From: Pristiophorus japonicus
Lineage: Eukaryota
Direction: 5' to 3'
DNA: 64,000 nucleotides
Assembly: GCF_044704955.1 (NCBI RefSeq)
Contig: NC_091996.1
Location: forward strand, 27,156,001 to 27,220,000
Made by a program: the position numbers and the translations under genes. Numbering within the stretch: position 1 is the stretch's first letter; every line of letters starts with the position of its first letter. This document shows, one piece after another, positions 51,069 to 64,000 of the stretch. The notes below the pieces were generated by a model. The model had not been told where the DNA came from. It did no database searches and worked only from the letters and a program-made list of their open reading frames with translations.

Positions 51069-51260
51069 GTTATATGCAAGCCCAATTCTGTTCTCGCCTA
51101 ATATCTATACCCATACATTGATTAGTAGTGGTCACTGTATACCATTCAGGAGGGAACATTAGCTGATATTTATCCCAGAAGTTGGGAGTATCTTTAAAGG
51201 GCTCCATCAGGGATGAACTAACTCAGCATGGACCATGGACGGAACTTGTTTTTTATGGTT

Positions 51261-51900
51261 TCATCATCATAGGCAGTCCCTCGAAATCGAGGAAACCTTG
51301 CTTTCACTCTAAAAGTGAGTTCTCAGGTGACTGTACAGTCCAATACAGGAATTACAGTCTCTGTCACAGGTTGAACGAACAGTGGTTGAAGGAAAGGGTG
51401 GGTGGAGAGCCTGGTTTGCCGCACGCTCCTTCTGCTATCTGCGCTTGATTTCTGCATGCTCTTGGCGACGAGACTCGAGGCGCTCAGCGCCCTCCCGGAT
51501 GCTCTTCCTTCATTTTGGGCGGTCTTGAGCCAGGGATTCCCAGGTGCCGGTGGGGATGTTGCACTTTATCAAGGAGGCTTTGAGGATGTCCTTGAAATGT
51601 TTCCTCTGCCCACCTGCGGCTCGCTTGCCGTGCAGGAGTTCAGAGTAGAGCTTGCTTAGGGAGTCTCGTGTCAGGCATGCAGACGATGTGGCCCACCCAA
51701 CGAAGCTGGTCGAGCGTGGTCAGCGCTTCGATGCTGGGGATGTTGGCCTGAGCGAGAACACGGACGTTGGTGCGTCTATCCTCCCAGTGGATTTGCAGGA
51801 TCTTGCAGAGGCAGCGCTGGTGGTATTTCTCCAGCGCTTCGAGATGTCTGCTGTATATGGTCCACGTCTCTGACCCATATAGGAGGGCGGATATCACTGC
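51261..51900 (-). mobile_element. 5'-truncated RTE LINE
   Basis: AVISALLYGSETW..RLPKQ; (ATG)n tail at 51261-51270. Confidence 0.9.
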
Positions 51901-53269
51901 ACGGTACTGCACTGGGCAGTGCCTTTACCCACAAGACCCCATCAGATGTTCACATTGCTAAACCCCACCATCGGTAAAATATCACAACTGTTCTTAGCTT
52001 AAAACAGTCTGATTTCACTTTAATAAATTATTAACATACCATAAGCATTACTGTTAAGTGACATTTAAGAAAAACAATGGTTTAGATTAATGTTTGGAAC
52101 CATTGAATAAAAATGGGATTGACCTTGATTTTCCTAATCTAATCTTGGACTACATTAATTCAGGCTCCTCCAACAATACAAAAAAGTGAAGTTGTTGTGC
52201 AGCCTTCTCTGTACAGCAGCATAAAAAGATAATATGTGATCTCTTTAATTAACAAAAGCCATCTTCTATGCTGGAACAGGTGCCTTTCCCTGGGTACGTT
52301 TTCAGGCAATATGACAGTTAACAATTCAGAATGGCCCGGTTGTGTGCACACTCTGTGAACTGAGCGACTGGGATCATGAAAACTAAGTTGACTACCAACA
52401 GAATCAGAGTCAGTGGCCTGCTGTGTCTGAAGCCTCCAAATAAAAGTACTTTGAACATTTGTGCATGCTGTGTGCCCACACGTTGTATAAGCTGGAGAAC
52501 ACAGTGCTTTTAAAAAAAAACAAATTATTATCTGGATTATTTATCACGTGCTTTAACTTCTCTTGAAACAAAATGGGGAGCAATCACACAGCAAACTTGA
52601 ATGATAATGAACAAAGTATATACTAAGAGTTTGAGTTTAAAACCTCTTTAATACCACAGACCGTTTATACTTTTATATTCAAAGTGGCTCTGTAATTTTA
52701 ATGTGTTCATTCTTTTGCCAAGAAAACTGCTCGATTTATAGGCAACAGCAACCTAAATATAACCTGGCAGATCAATAGGCCCTAAATCGAACGGGGTAGC
52801 AGTTTCATTCCCATTAATTGGTATGGTGCTTTCCCCACTAGTCAGAAAAGTCTGGGGAGGTCAGAAATGGGGGGTTGTGCAGTCTCTGGCACATACACAA
52901 TTCTTTTTCAAAAAGTTTTTCCAACCCGAGACTTGTCTGATCACTGCAGAAGTTCTGTGCTGGTAATTGTGAGTGAAACCAGGTCAGTAAGGGGAGAGCA
53001 AGTGGGCTTCAGACTTTTGTCACTGCTATCTTTGCTTTGGGCCTCAAGCTGTTTACAGGGCCAGAAAATTTAAGTCAAAGAGTTATTCTTGTGTATCCGA
53101 CTTCGACAAATCCTCAAAACTGCAACATTTACATTGGAACCAAGCAGTCCCCGAGTTCCGGGTTAACCGCAGTCTGCTACAATAAATGGAGTACAAATGA
53201 CTGGGGAACAATCTACTTTTGTTTTATTTAAACAGTTTTTTAATCTAACCGGTCAATAATTTTTTAATC

Positions 53270-53635
53270 CATTCTAGAGATGCGGGCTTTGCTGAAAGGG
53301 CATTTTATTGCCAATCCCGAGTTGCCTGGAGGTGATGGGCCGTCTTTTTGAATAAATACAACTGAGTAGCTGTCTAAGCTGCTTCAGATGGCAGATAACT
53401 CAACCAACATTAGTGCGGGAATGGAATTAGACCAGTAAGGGCGGCAGGTTTCCTTCCATAAAGGACATTATTTGGATTTTTACGACAATCCGGCAGATTC
53501 CTGATCACTTTTACGGATTGATTTCCAATTTTTTTTTAAACTGAATTCAAATTCAATTGATGGGATTTGAACTCACATTCTGGATCATTAGGCCTCATGG
53601 ATTACAAGTCCAGTAACAGAACCACTACACTACCA
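53270..53635 (-). mobile_element. Second-family tRNA-derived SINE, decayed
   Basis: Minus head GGTAGTGTAGTGG..GAGTTCAAATCCC (A/B box-like); tail similar to LINE end at 26400. Confidence 0.5.
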
Positions 53636-54989
53636 TTACCTAGTGTAAATGCTGATGTCATAAATCAGGAGTACAAAGCTCAAGTTGATTTAGCTGCCTC
53701 GAGTTTAGGTTCTGTTGCCTGGTGCATGTTACTTTTTTATAGTTAACATTGTTTAATGTTATGTTGTGGTTTTATTGTATTTTGGTCTGTTTTGTACCTG
53801 GAAAGACCTCCTGTGCTGACAGTAACTGGCAGTGTGTGAAGACATTCCCACAAGGAAGTTGAAATGTATTGAGAAATAACCTGCTATTGACAACCAGCCA
53901 ATTGTGTCGCCAGTATTTTTTTAATAATGTTTTAAACAGAATTTAATTGTAGAAAAGTACACTGGGAAAGCAAAATAGCCCTATCTGCGCATCCAAGAAA
54001 TGGATTAAAAAGAACATGTAAATTGTTGCAGAAAATATAAAATTAAAGGCTAACAAATTAGACTATAGCCATTGTGTCGTGGCACATTTCTGTGTTGTTT
54101 CCCAGTGCCTTGTGTCAGTAGTGCCAGTGCCTTCTACAGTATAAATATTCACTATTCCTGATGCCCTGCAGGACACTCATCTGCTTCTGTATAAAGCATT
54201 TTCCCTCACAGGCAGAGTGTCTGTGGAACAGATGAGACAGTTTATCTACAGCCAAAACACAGCAGATATGGTAGTCTGCTGCAACTCTTGATGCAGGTCA
54301 TCTCCCATGAACTTGAGCCATCAGTCTCTATTTTTACTCGGAATATTTAACAGGGGCTTGATCAGAATAAAGATCATCAAGTAAGATGCCTGTGATTCTT
54401 CTTCAAATATGGCTGCACATGGCTGCTAAGATTCAAATGCACGTTTAATGGTCACATTCACTTATAAAAGGATTCATTTTGTGAGCTGTATCCAGCACTT
54501 TAAAAAAAAAAACAGTGGCACTTTTAGTGACTAGTGCTCCTATATATTCTCATACGGAGTATTTGAATACTTCCCGTGTTTCACACAATTTTAATATTTA
54601 GTTATATTGGCTTAAATTCATGTGCTGCCCCCACAAAAAAACATATTGCTGAAATGTTGTTTTGTGGTTCTATTTCTAATTGCAGTAGATAATACTATAT
54701 CCTGTCCTTGGGAGCCATCCACACAGCGAGTTATCGACAGGGTCTTTTATGGTTTCTCTATTAGTGAGGGAGCCATAAACAATGTGTGCGATACAGAGGG
54801 AGTTCTGTGTTTTGGTTTTTAATGTTTATTGGTGTTCTCTAATGATCTGTCTGTACTCAGGTTTTTCATTAATCTTAACAGTTTGTTGGTTCATTTGAAT
54901 CTCATGACTGTTATACCAGCTGGATTTGGGACCCTGAAAAACCGGATGCATATGTGTACGAGGGGACATATATGTGTGCATAGCATGCA

Positions 54990-55120
54990 GAAGGTGTGTG
55001 TGTGTGTGTGTATATATATATAGTGTGTGGGAGGATTGCATGAGCGTAGTATGTAGGTGGGGTATGTGTGTGCATGGTATGTGGGCACTGGTAGGTGTGT
55101 GTAGAGGATGTGTGTATATC
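54990..55120. repeat. (TG)/(TA) microsatellite
   Basis: Direct inspection. Confidence 0.8.
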
Positions 55121-55969
55121 ATACAGGATTGACAGGGTTTGTGATAGTTTATGGAAAAATACTTGGATTTATATAGCGCCTTTCACAACCACCGGATGGT
55201 CTCAAAACAACAGCAAATGAAGTACTTTTGGAATGTAATCACCTTTGCAATGTAGGAAAGAGGAAGGTGGACATGGTTGTGTCATGTGCTTGTGCGTGCA
55301 TGTGTAGTTTGTGTGAGGGGGAATGTGTTGTGTGGAATATCAATGTTTAGAAATTGGAAAGAGACAAACACCAAATCAAATCAAAGATCCAAGTATCTAT
55401 TACTCTGTAAAAATAGTGAATGTATTTGCTCTATTAGGCTGAATTTTTCTTTTTTGCCTCAGGTAATTTATGATGATGCAATATCCACGATGCAATTTTT
55501 TATTGAAAGAAATGGTGGTGGTGGATGGCCCCAAACATTAGTTTTCCCTTACCATAGCAGCTTACCTTTGTAATCCTCTCCATCAAGTAAACTGCTACTA
55601 ACCACAGCTGGCAGATTAGAGTGACATGGTACTCTGGGACTCTCTTACTATGATCACTTACTTGAGAGAAAGACTCCTGCTATCTTTGCTACATTGCTGC
55701 TCTAGTTTATGTTTTTATAAGTATAGCGATATTTCTTCACTTCTGCAAACGAGAATTTTCTAAGTCTGAGAACCGAATGTTTTTAGTCCGAAGTCGAGTA
55801 GAATACAGAGTTCACACTTCCACCACTGTTATTTGAACTGGTATTCTGCACAGCTAGTGCAAGAGGATATAGTTGTGCTTAAAAATTCATCGTGTGTCAT
55901 CTGTTTATCAGAAATTAAATATTCCTTAATCAAAATCACAGCCTTCAATTGAGGGAATCAAGAAAGGTT

Positions 55970-56112
55970 AATAAGTGAGTCAAGGGTTATGAGGAGCGGG
56001 CGGGGAAGTGGAGTTGAGGCCAAGATCAGATCAGACATGATCTTATTGAATGGTGGAGCAGGCTCGAGGGCCAAATGGCCTATTCCTGCTCCTATTTCTT
56101 ATGTTCTTATGA
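55970..56112 (+). mobile_element. CR1 3'UTR with (TTCTTATG)n tail
   Basis: Matches CR1 ends at 11270-11400 and 63210-63342. Confidence 0.8.
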
Positions 56113-58661
56113 GACCAGTAAATTCAACAGGATGTAAAGGACATTTGTTACTAACCTAAGAACTTATACACTTTTTTAACAACACCCAAGCTGCATGCAC
56201 TTGTACTAGTTAACATTTTACATCCAGTTTTTCCTTTTCAGAAATCAATACCACCAGATGCAGAAGATGTCTAGATTTCCATTATAACCAGAGACAATGA
56301 CATCCATCCACTTATACACCAGTTGCTGTTCCAGCAAGTTTGCTCTTTTCATCATCATAAATTACCTGAGGCAGATGAAGTACAAAGTTTTATTGTTGGT
56401 TGTTTATTGATTGAATTTGATTTCTTGCCAAATACTTGAGAAACCAGTTCTACTTTTCAGCATAGTCGATTCCACGGATGTGAAAGTTATATGAACACAG
56501 CGCACAGTTAATAGGCACCCTCTTAATAGGAATATTAATTTCTAAGAAACTTTGTCTTTGACACCAAAACATTCTCCAACAGCATTTAGCTTAAGCAAAT
56601 AATTTCCTTGTCAGCAAGTGCTCCCATTAACAGACTTATACTCTGGTTTGAATGCACTTTTCAAAAGCTTCTTTGCAAATAGTAGCTTATGGAGAGCCCA
56701 ACCAAATAAACTGCACAATTTCACATACCCTTCTATTAAGCAAATACTCAAGATTAATGAATAAAATTTAATAGAAATCAGTTAGTCACTCAGCAGGAAT
56801 TAACTTTTCAGCACATCTTTTTACAGATGACCTTTTTTCAAACCCTAGTTGAAACAATTGGAATAATATTAATTAATTAGCAAACCTCAAGCCCGTTTCT
56901 AATTATGCCTCTGAAAGTTCCTCTAGAGGTTAAGTTGATCATTATGTCAAAAATAGAACAGAAGCCATGAATAGTTAAAGCACATTCCATTTAACCCTCA
57001 GCCACACCGCTTTAAATATATTATGAGCTGGAATATTGATACGCAAGACTCAGAGTCGTCCAGGATCACGGTTTGTGTCACCCGAACCAACACATTCCAT
57101 CATTCTGAGTTTAGAAGCAAGCCCAATACCCATAACACCTAGCAAGCACCTTGATAGGTATAAATAGAGTAGGTGTCATGCCCAGTCGTAAAATATGATT
57201 TATATGTCCACAAGTGAGGCTGACTGGATAACTCATGAGCGACAAAGTCACAAATGAATTATGGTCAGTCTCACAAGTGGAAACACAAATCATGTTTCAC
57301 GATGTCTCTGACATATTTGATTTATATCATTGATTTACCTTATTATTTTTAATTTTTTGCGTGTGTAATTTAAAGAAAAATCTGTTACGTTAACGGAGAT
57401 TGTTTTGCAAGGAAATGTAGGTTTAGTATGTCCTCTTTCATCAACTCTCCAATAGGGTGATTGACCACCATCTTGAAAAACCCCAAAACAGGAATTAAGT
57501 ATTGCATTTACAATTCTGCCTGATCCTCAAATAAATTTACCAAAGTGTCACATAGCAAACATGAACTTTGCGAATCTCAGTATAAACATACAGAAATAAA
57601 TTAGTGGCTCGTCACAGTATGGAATTAAAAGTTAACCTTCCTGCGTTAGAAGTAGTGTCTGACATTACTGCGGTAAAGCACTAAATGTGTCCGAAATGCC
57701 TCACTTACATGCTGTTGTATGAAGTGAAAAGCATGGACTGAACAGTAAATATCAGCATGTATTTCTGTGCAGTTACATCATGACACAGAGCTAAAGATGA
57801 CAACTAGTTCCACGAGCCACTGGTGAGGTGAGCTCTTTTTGGGAAAAAGTCTGTCCATTTGGACAGCTCTTTCACAGGCACAACGAGCCAAATGGCCTTC
57901 TTCTGTATTGTAAGATTCTGTGATTTCTTTTAACTGCAGGTGGGGCACGTTAGATGCAGTGATTGGGTGGCCTGCAGAAAATAAATCTCAGCCCCAATAC
58001 CTGAACAATTGAGTCTCTAAATATATATATTTTTAAACTTCACTTCCCAGATTAGTCATCTTGTATAAAGGCAGAAATTAGTTGATATGCAGCATGAATT
58101 CCACAAGTAAAACAAAACCAACTGGACCATATTGCTATTTTACACAGGAACACATTTCCACACTGTGAACATTTATTTCAGGAGCTTTAGGGATGGCCAA
58201 TTCATTGCACAACGTTATGATTTTTGTGCTTCATAAATATTTACATTTTTATGCGATATTCAATTAATGTCAGTAATTTGCAATTGTTTTGCATAATTGA
58301 AAATATTTGCTTCATGAAAAACAGTCAATCATTACTCAATATCTTTTGCAAATTTACATTTTTTGCTAATTGCTGACTATTTTTTCATCTAGTCCATTGT
58401 AATACTAAGTCAGAGAATGAACCAACTTAAACAAATAGCAACTCAACCATCAATTTTATAGATTGTGAACAGATTTCTTCTAACAGAAAACATCAGCCAC
58501 TATACCTAATCCATACCACTACGGTTGAATTTGAAGCATCATGTTGAATATAAAGATTTTCAATACAAAACCTATTATATAATAAAGGTTTATAAGCCAT
58601 TTTTCCCATCCGTCTTCCTATATTTAATTTAGAGGTGGAATTTTCCTTTGGACTAAATTCA

Positions 58662-58898
<237 letters not shown>

Positions 58899-59251
58899 TT
58901 ATCTTCAAAAAGAAAATAAATGGATAAATCATGAATCATTACATTTGAATAAATCATTTAAAAGTATATTTCCTATTTTTCCCATTTCTGCTTTAATACA
59001 CAATGCAGAATCAACACTCATTTTGAAAGTATTTGCAACAGTTTTTATATCTACATTTTTAGCTAAAAAGCCAAAAGTCCAGTGATGCAAAAAATACCAA
59101 CCAACTGGTAAAAGAAAAACCAATGAACAATACCTCAAAGATAATGGATCAGAAAAGAACCATTAAACTGCACCTAGGCATATCTCCGAATGTAACTGAA
59201 GACACATCATCAGATATTCAAAGACAGCCAATACAACTGGCACCTCTTTAG

Positions 59252-62200
59252 GGCCCCTATTTTCCCCAAAGATTTCTGGCATCCACTTACCTGTATGCAT
59301 GTTTTTCTCACCACCGTCAGCGCCAGGAAAAAAAACACTAGTCTCCCCGATCTGAAAGCCATTTATAGTGCCACGCTACCCAAGTCCATCTCTGGGGGCG
59401 GAGGTAACAATATGTGCCGAAAATTCACTGCTCATGCGCTTAAATTTTTTTTAAAAAGTAACCACTCACTGCGCAGAAAAAAAAAACTCTGTGCATGCGC
59501 TGTGAAAAACTTTCAGCACATGTAGGGTCTGTCTGGATCACCAGTGAGAATCTGTTGGTGAGAGATGGATTAGCAGATAGGAGATACAGCTTCAATCAGA
59601 AGATGGATGCAAGGGAAGGCCGCAGAGAAGGCAAAAGGGTCAGAGACGGAGAAGGGGAAGCTGTAAAGGCCAAGAGATTTCTCGCGGAAGAAATTGAGCC
59701 CCTGGTAGACATAATTGAGAGTAGATGGGAAGTTCTTGAAAACAAAGCGAGCTTCGGTAAAAATAAACTTAAATCCTCTGTACTCGCAAACATTTGGGAC
59801 CAGGTTGCAGTAGTTTAATGCAATGTCCATTACCCCAAGAAGCGGTGCACAGCTCAAACAGAAGTGGCCGGACCTTGGACAAGCAGGGACTGTAAGTAAT
59901 ATTTTTATTTACATTTATATTTATGCGCTGCAATAACGTCTGTAAATGTGATTTGTGTGTGTATGCGTGCGGGTGCAGAAGGATCCTCTCTCCTAAAAAG
60001 TTCCATTTGCATCTTTGCAGAAAATGGTGTCACAGATCAACCGAGAACGGTCATAAACTAGAGGAGGTCAGGCAAGTAGGCTACAACAAACAGCCGTGGA
60101 GCAGAGGATAGCGTCAATGATTGAATCTTACAGGAGAAGACCAACCATCAACACGGAAGCTGGTCCAGTTTACCAAGAGAGGGTAAGCCCTGCAAATTGC
60201 ACAGTCTGGGTTGGCTAAATGTTACGTACTGCGTGTGCTGGCTACACTTCTCCTTCCTCCCTACTGCTAACCAAGCATCTCAGTTATGTTTTGCAGATGT
60301 TGCGCATCAGGAGGAGACAGAAGGCGCACCTGAGGCAGAAGAAGAGCATGTTCAGGAAATCGCCGTTCTAGATATTCTACATCAGGAGAATGAAGGGCAG
60401 CAGGAAGATTCCGATACCGAGATGGTTAGACAGGAATTGGAGATGGTGAACCCCTCGAGGATTCCAAACCCTTTCCTGAGCGAATCAACCGACGGGACAT
60501 TTCTAGGTGTGTCGTCTGAGGCTGCGGGTCCCAGTGTGTCGCAGCAAACCACACCTGTGAGACGTCGGAGGAGGGTGGAAGGGAGAGCTGAAGCAGAAAC
60601 ACAGAATGCAGAGAACATAGGACATCTCATGGGGATGAGTGGGGAGAACATCCAACTAACGAGATTGCTCCTGGAACCCTTCGGTGGGGCGAGAGTAGAA
60701 TTAGCAGGACGGAAAGATGAAGTAGCAACACTGGCTGGAGGAATGGGTGAGGTAAGGGGAGAAATTGCGGGACTGTCATTAGAGGTGGCAAGACTGTCGG
60801 GACAGATGACAGAGGTAGTAGCAGCAATAAGGTGGCACACCCAGGCTGTCATTGCTGCCACAAACATTCTAACCCCCAGACCAAAGTCAGAGGTTGATCC
60901 ACAGGCTGAGGATGATTCCGGAGGAACCTGGACCTTCCACAATGACACACGTTAGCTCTGTCCCCAAAGTAACCCAACAACAAGAAAAGCGCCATCAGAA
61001 AGAAAACAGAAAAAACCTTGGGGTGGGTGGCGAGGAAGCAGAAGTCTGCAACAACAGACACCCGCAGGGGTAGCGACATCAGCAGAGGCAGGAGTGGCGC
61101 ACAGCACTAAGGGGGAGGATAGATGGCTTGTTTGTTTGGTTGTTCATTTAAAAGTTTGACACGAAATTTATTATAGTTATTAAAGTTAAAAGATAAGTTA
61201 TGTTAAGCTAAGTATAACTGTGCTGTACAAATATTTAATAAACATATTTATTTTGGACTTTTAACCTGAATCCTGCACATTATTTTTTTAATCCAGCACT
61301 ATAAAATCTTTTTGGATTATGTCACGGATTCGACAGGCCAAATGGCCTCCTTCCTTGTAACCTGTAAGTTTAAATGAAACAGGACATGTTCCAATACTAA
61401 GGTGTATATGGATCCTGACTTGTTCTGGATCACTGATATAGGCAACGCAGGACCATGGTGCAAGTATCAGTGACCCAGAACAAGTCAAGATCCATGAACA
61501 CCTTGGTACTAGTATGTAATCTTGTAAAGCCGGGATTTACAAATGTAACCCAATTTGAGACAGTTAATGAATGGTCGGAGCCTGGTGGCACCAACAAACA
61601 GACCCATTTAGGCGGGATTCAATTTAGCGCACAAGTATTATGGTCAATTCATATTTGACCAGGCTCTTTGCAATAACTACTACAGAGAGTCCAGACATTT
61701 TAGAGATTCTAATAAGGTCTACACCAATCAACAAATTATTAATTTTAATCGGTAAGAACATCCTATTGGGAATCAAGTTGTCATTAGGTAGGCTTCAATA
61801 CAAGGTAGTAAACATACTTATGTGGTCGGTCAGACCCAATTCTAGTGGATAAAAACATTTTTACACTAATAAAGTATCTCTTAAAATATTGTTTATTCAG
61901 GTCAACCTAAGCATTGCAACATTGTATTAAAACATTGAAAATTTAAGGGAGACTATTTAAAAAGAAAATTCAATGTCCAGTCTTTAATATAATTCACTGA
62001 TTCTTATCAATGTGCCTGGAATATGTTGCACTGTCTTACGTGAAGGACCTTTGGCCAGGGATAGGAGTGGGCCAGCACCGATTTCTTGAAGTGAAGGTAG
62101 GGTTTTTACAAACGATCTTCAATTTGTCTATGTACGGCTTTCAAAAAAAAACGGTGGTGGGGAAAGTGGCCTTAATGGCCAGAAACGGCACGTAATCAGC

Positions 62201-62344
62201 TTTTTATTATACACCATGCCAGAATATATGGCGCTAAAAATTCTGGCGCTGGTAGTCGACGTCAGCGCCCAAACATTGGGGAAACTTAGAAATGCCCCAC
62301 GTCAGAAAAATCGCTGGACGCCAATCCTGGGGAAAATAGGGGCC
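59252..62344 (+). mobile_element. PIF/Harbinger DNA transposon, non-autonomous (Myb gene only), in PBX3 intron 4
   Basis: Perfect 17-bp TIR GGCCCCTATTTTCCCCA / TGGGGAAAATAGGGGCC; TA-rich but imperfect 3-bp flanks; internal Myb/SANT gene. Confidence 0.8.
59603..61110 (+). pseudogene. Harbinger Myb/SANT-like (NAIF1/MSANTD-type) gene, 3 exons, disrupted
   Basis: KRFLAEEIEPLVDIIESRWEVL..IWDQVA..NAMSITPRSGAQLKQKWPDL; introns 59892-60020 and 60183-60296 with GT..AG; frameshifts and an in-frame TAA; acidic and coiled-coil exon 3; 3' end approximate. Confidence 0.75.
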
Positions 62345-62357
62345 TATATTCTGCAAA

Positions 62358-63345
62358 CAATTCACAATCTATATTAACGACTTGGAAGAAGGGACTGAGT
62401 GTAACATAGCCAAGTTTTCTGACGATACAAAGATGTGCAAAGAAAAGCAATGTGTGAGGAGGACACAAAAAATCTGCAAAAGGACATAGACAGGCTAAGT
62501 GAGTGGGCAAAAATTTGGCAGATGGAGTATAATGTTGGAAAGTGTGAGGTCATGCACTTTGCCAGAAAAAAATCAAAGAGCAAGTTATTATTTAAATGGA
62601 GAAAAATTGCAAAGTGCCGCAGTACTGCGGGACCTGGGGGTACTTGTGCATGAAACACAAAAGGATAGTATGCAGGTACAGCAAGTGATCTGGAAGGCCA
62701 ATGGTATCTTGGCCTTTATTGCAAAGGGGATGGAGTATAAAAGCAGGGAAGTCTTACTACAGCTATATAAGGTATTGGTGAGGCCACACCTGGAATATTG
62801 CGTGCAGTTTTGGTTTCCATATTTACGAAAGGATATACTTGCTTTGGAGGCAGGTCAGAGAAGGTTCACTAGGTTGATTCCAGTGATGAGGGAATTGACT
62901 TATGAGGAAAGACTGCGTAGGTTGGGCCTCTACTCATTGGAATTCAGAAGAATGAGAGGTGATCTTATCGAAACGTATAAGATTATGAGGGGGCTTGACC
63001 AGGTAGATGCAGAGAGGATGTTTCCACTGATGGGGGAGACTAGAACTAGAGGCATGATCTTAGAATAAGGGGCTGCTCATTTAAAACAGAGATGAGGAGA
63101 AATTTCTTCTCTGAGGGTTGTAAATCTGTGGAATTCACTGCCTCAGAGAGCTGTGGAAGCTGGGACATTGAATAAATTTAAGACAGAAATAGACAGTTTC
63201 TTAAACGATAAGGGGTCATGGGGAGCGGGCGGGGAAGTGGAGCTGAGTCCATGATCAGATCAGCCATGATCTTATTGAATGGCGGAGCAGACTCGAGGGG
63301 CTGTATGGCCTACTCCTGTTTCTATTTCTTTTGTCCTTATGTAAC
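62358..63345 (+). mobile_element. 5'-truncated CR1/HER1 LINE
   Basis: [28 protein letters not shown], 3'UTR and tail. Confidence 0.92.
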
Positions 63346-64000
63346 ATACTTTCGGGCAAGTGTAAGCTGAGGCTTTCAGTCTAGGACCTGCATCATGCTA
63401 AAAATATATTCATGTCAACAGCTTTTCTGTGGGACTCTTGACTCCACTATGACCAAAGAGGCAATGTGCCTATGGAGACACTTGTTCTTGTGCCATTCAG
63501 GATTGCTTTTTCTGTGACTCTGGGGAGATGAGATGGAGGGTGCCATACTACGGAATGCTGCATCATTCCCACAGTGCATTACCCCTTTGGTTTCTCTGCA
63601 GTGGTACGATGAATGCTCACTCCAGCACAGCACACAGAATCTCCCTGGGGTAACATTCATCTCTCTATTGTGTGACCACTCTTATTGCCTTGTTTACGCA
63701 CTCTCCCCTTTGAATAAATCACTTTTAAAATGCACATCTGCTCAATTTAACTTGTATAAAGTTATCCAAATTCTCTAAAGACGTCTTCCAACTGTTTCTA
63801 ATTACAGTATTATAATTTACCACACCTGCAGATGACCTGGCTGCCAATGAAATTACTTCACTTTGTTTCAGCCTCTAACTGTCTACAGGTGCAAGGTGTG
63901 CTGCATTAAGACAATCTGTACATGCAACAAACCAGCAGAGATCTTGATCTGCAGTTTAAAACTGAGTTACACCAGTGTGACCAAGGCTTTCAAATGCAGG

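Overview
Eukaryotic, repeat-rich vertebrate DNA. The repeat families present (HER1/CR1, L2 and RTE LINEs, DeuSINEs, Penelope-type fragments) point to a cartilaginous fish, most likely a shark; this is an inference. The only host gene is the 3' half of the TALE homeobox gene PBX3 on the minus strand: exon 5 (58812-58677), exon 6 (46406-46241), exon 8 (44467-44378), exon 9 (39426-39334) and a ~1.5 kb 3'UTR. The expected 113-nt exon 7 is not visible and probably lies in the 156-N gap (45563-45718). Downstream of the gene is a nested transposon cluster (4719-15042): an old Gypsy LTR element contains a solo LTR and a younger full-length Gypsy element, which in turn contains a chimeric insertion of an inverted Gypsy RT piece fused to a CR1 3' end. 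TSDs can be read for all four layers. Also present: a 5'-complete CR1 with 69-bp TATA-bearing monomers, an RTE with twin-priming geometry, Penelope-type hammerhead ribozyme relics, a Harbinger carrying only a spliced Myb/SANT pseudogene, several MITEs and a 1.65-kb CA-type satellite. I found no evidence for a wholly new multi-gene system; the most unusual signals are mechanistic retrotransposon junctions. All alignments and divergences were done by eye, and the boundaries of decayed repeats are approximate.
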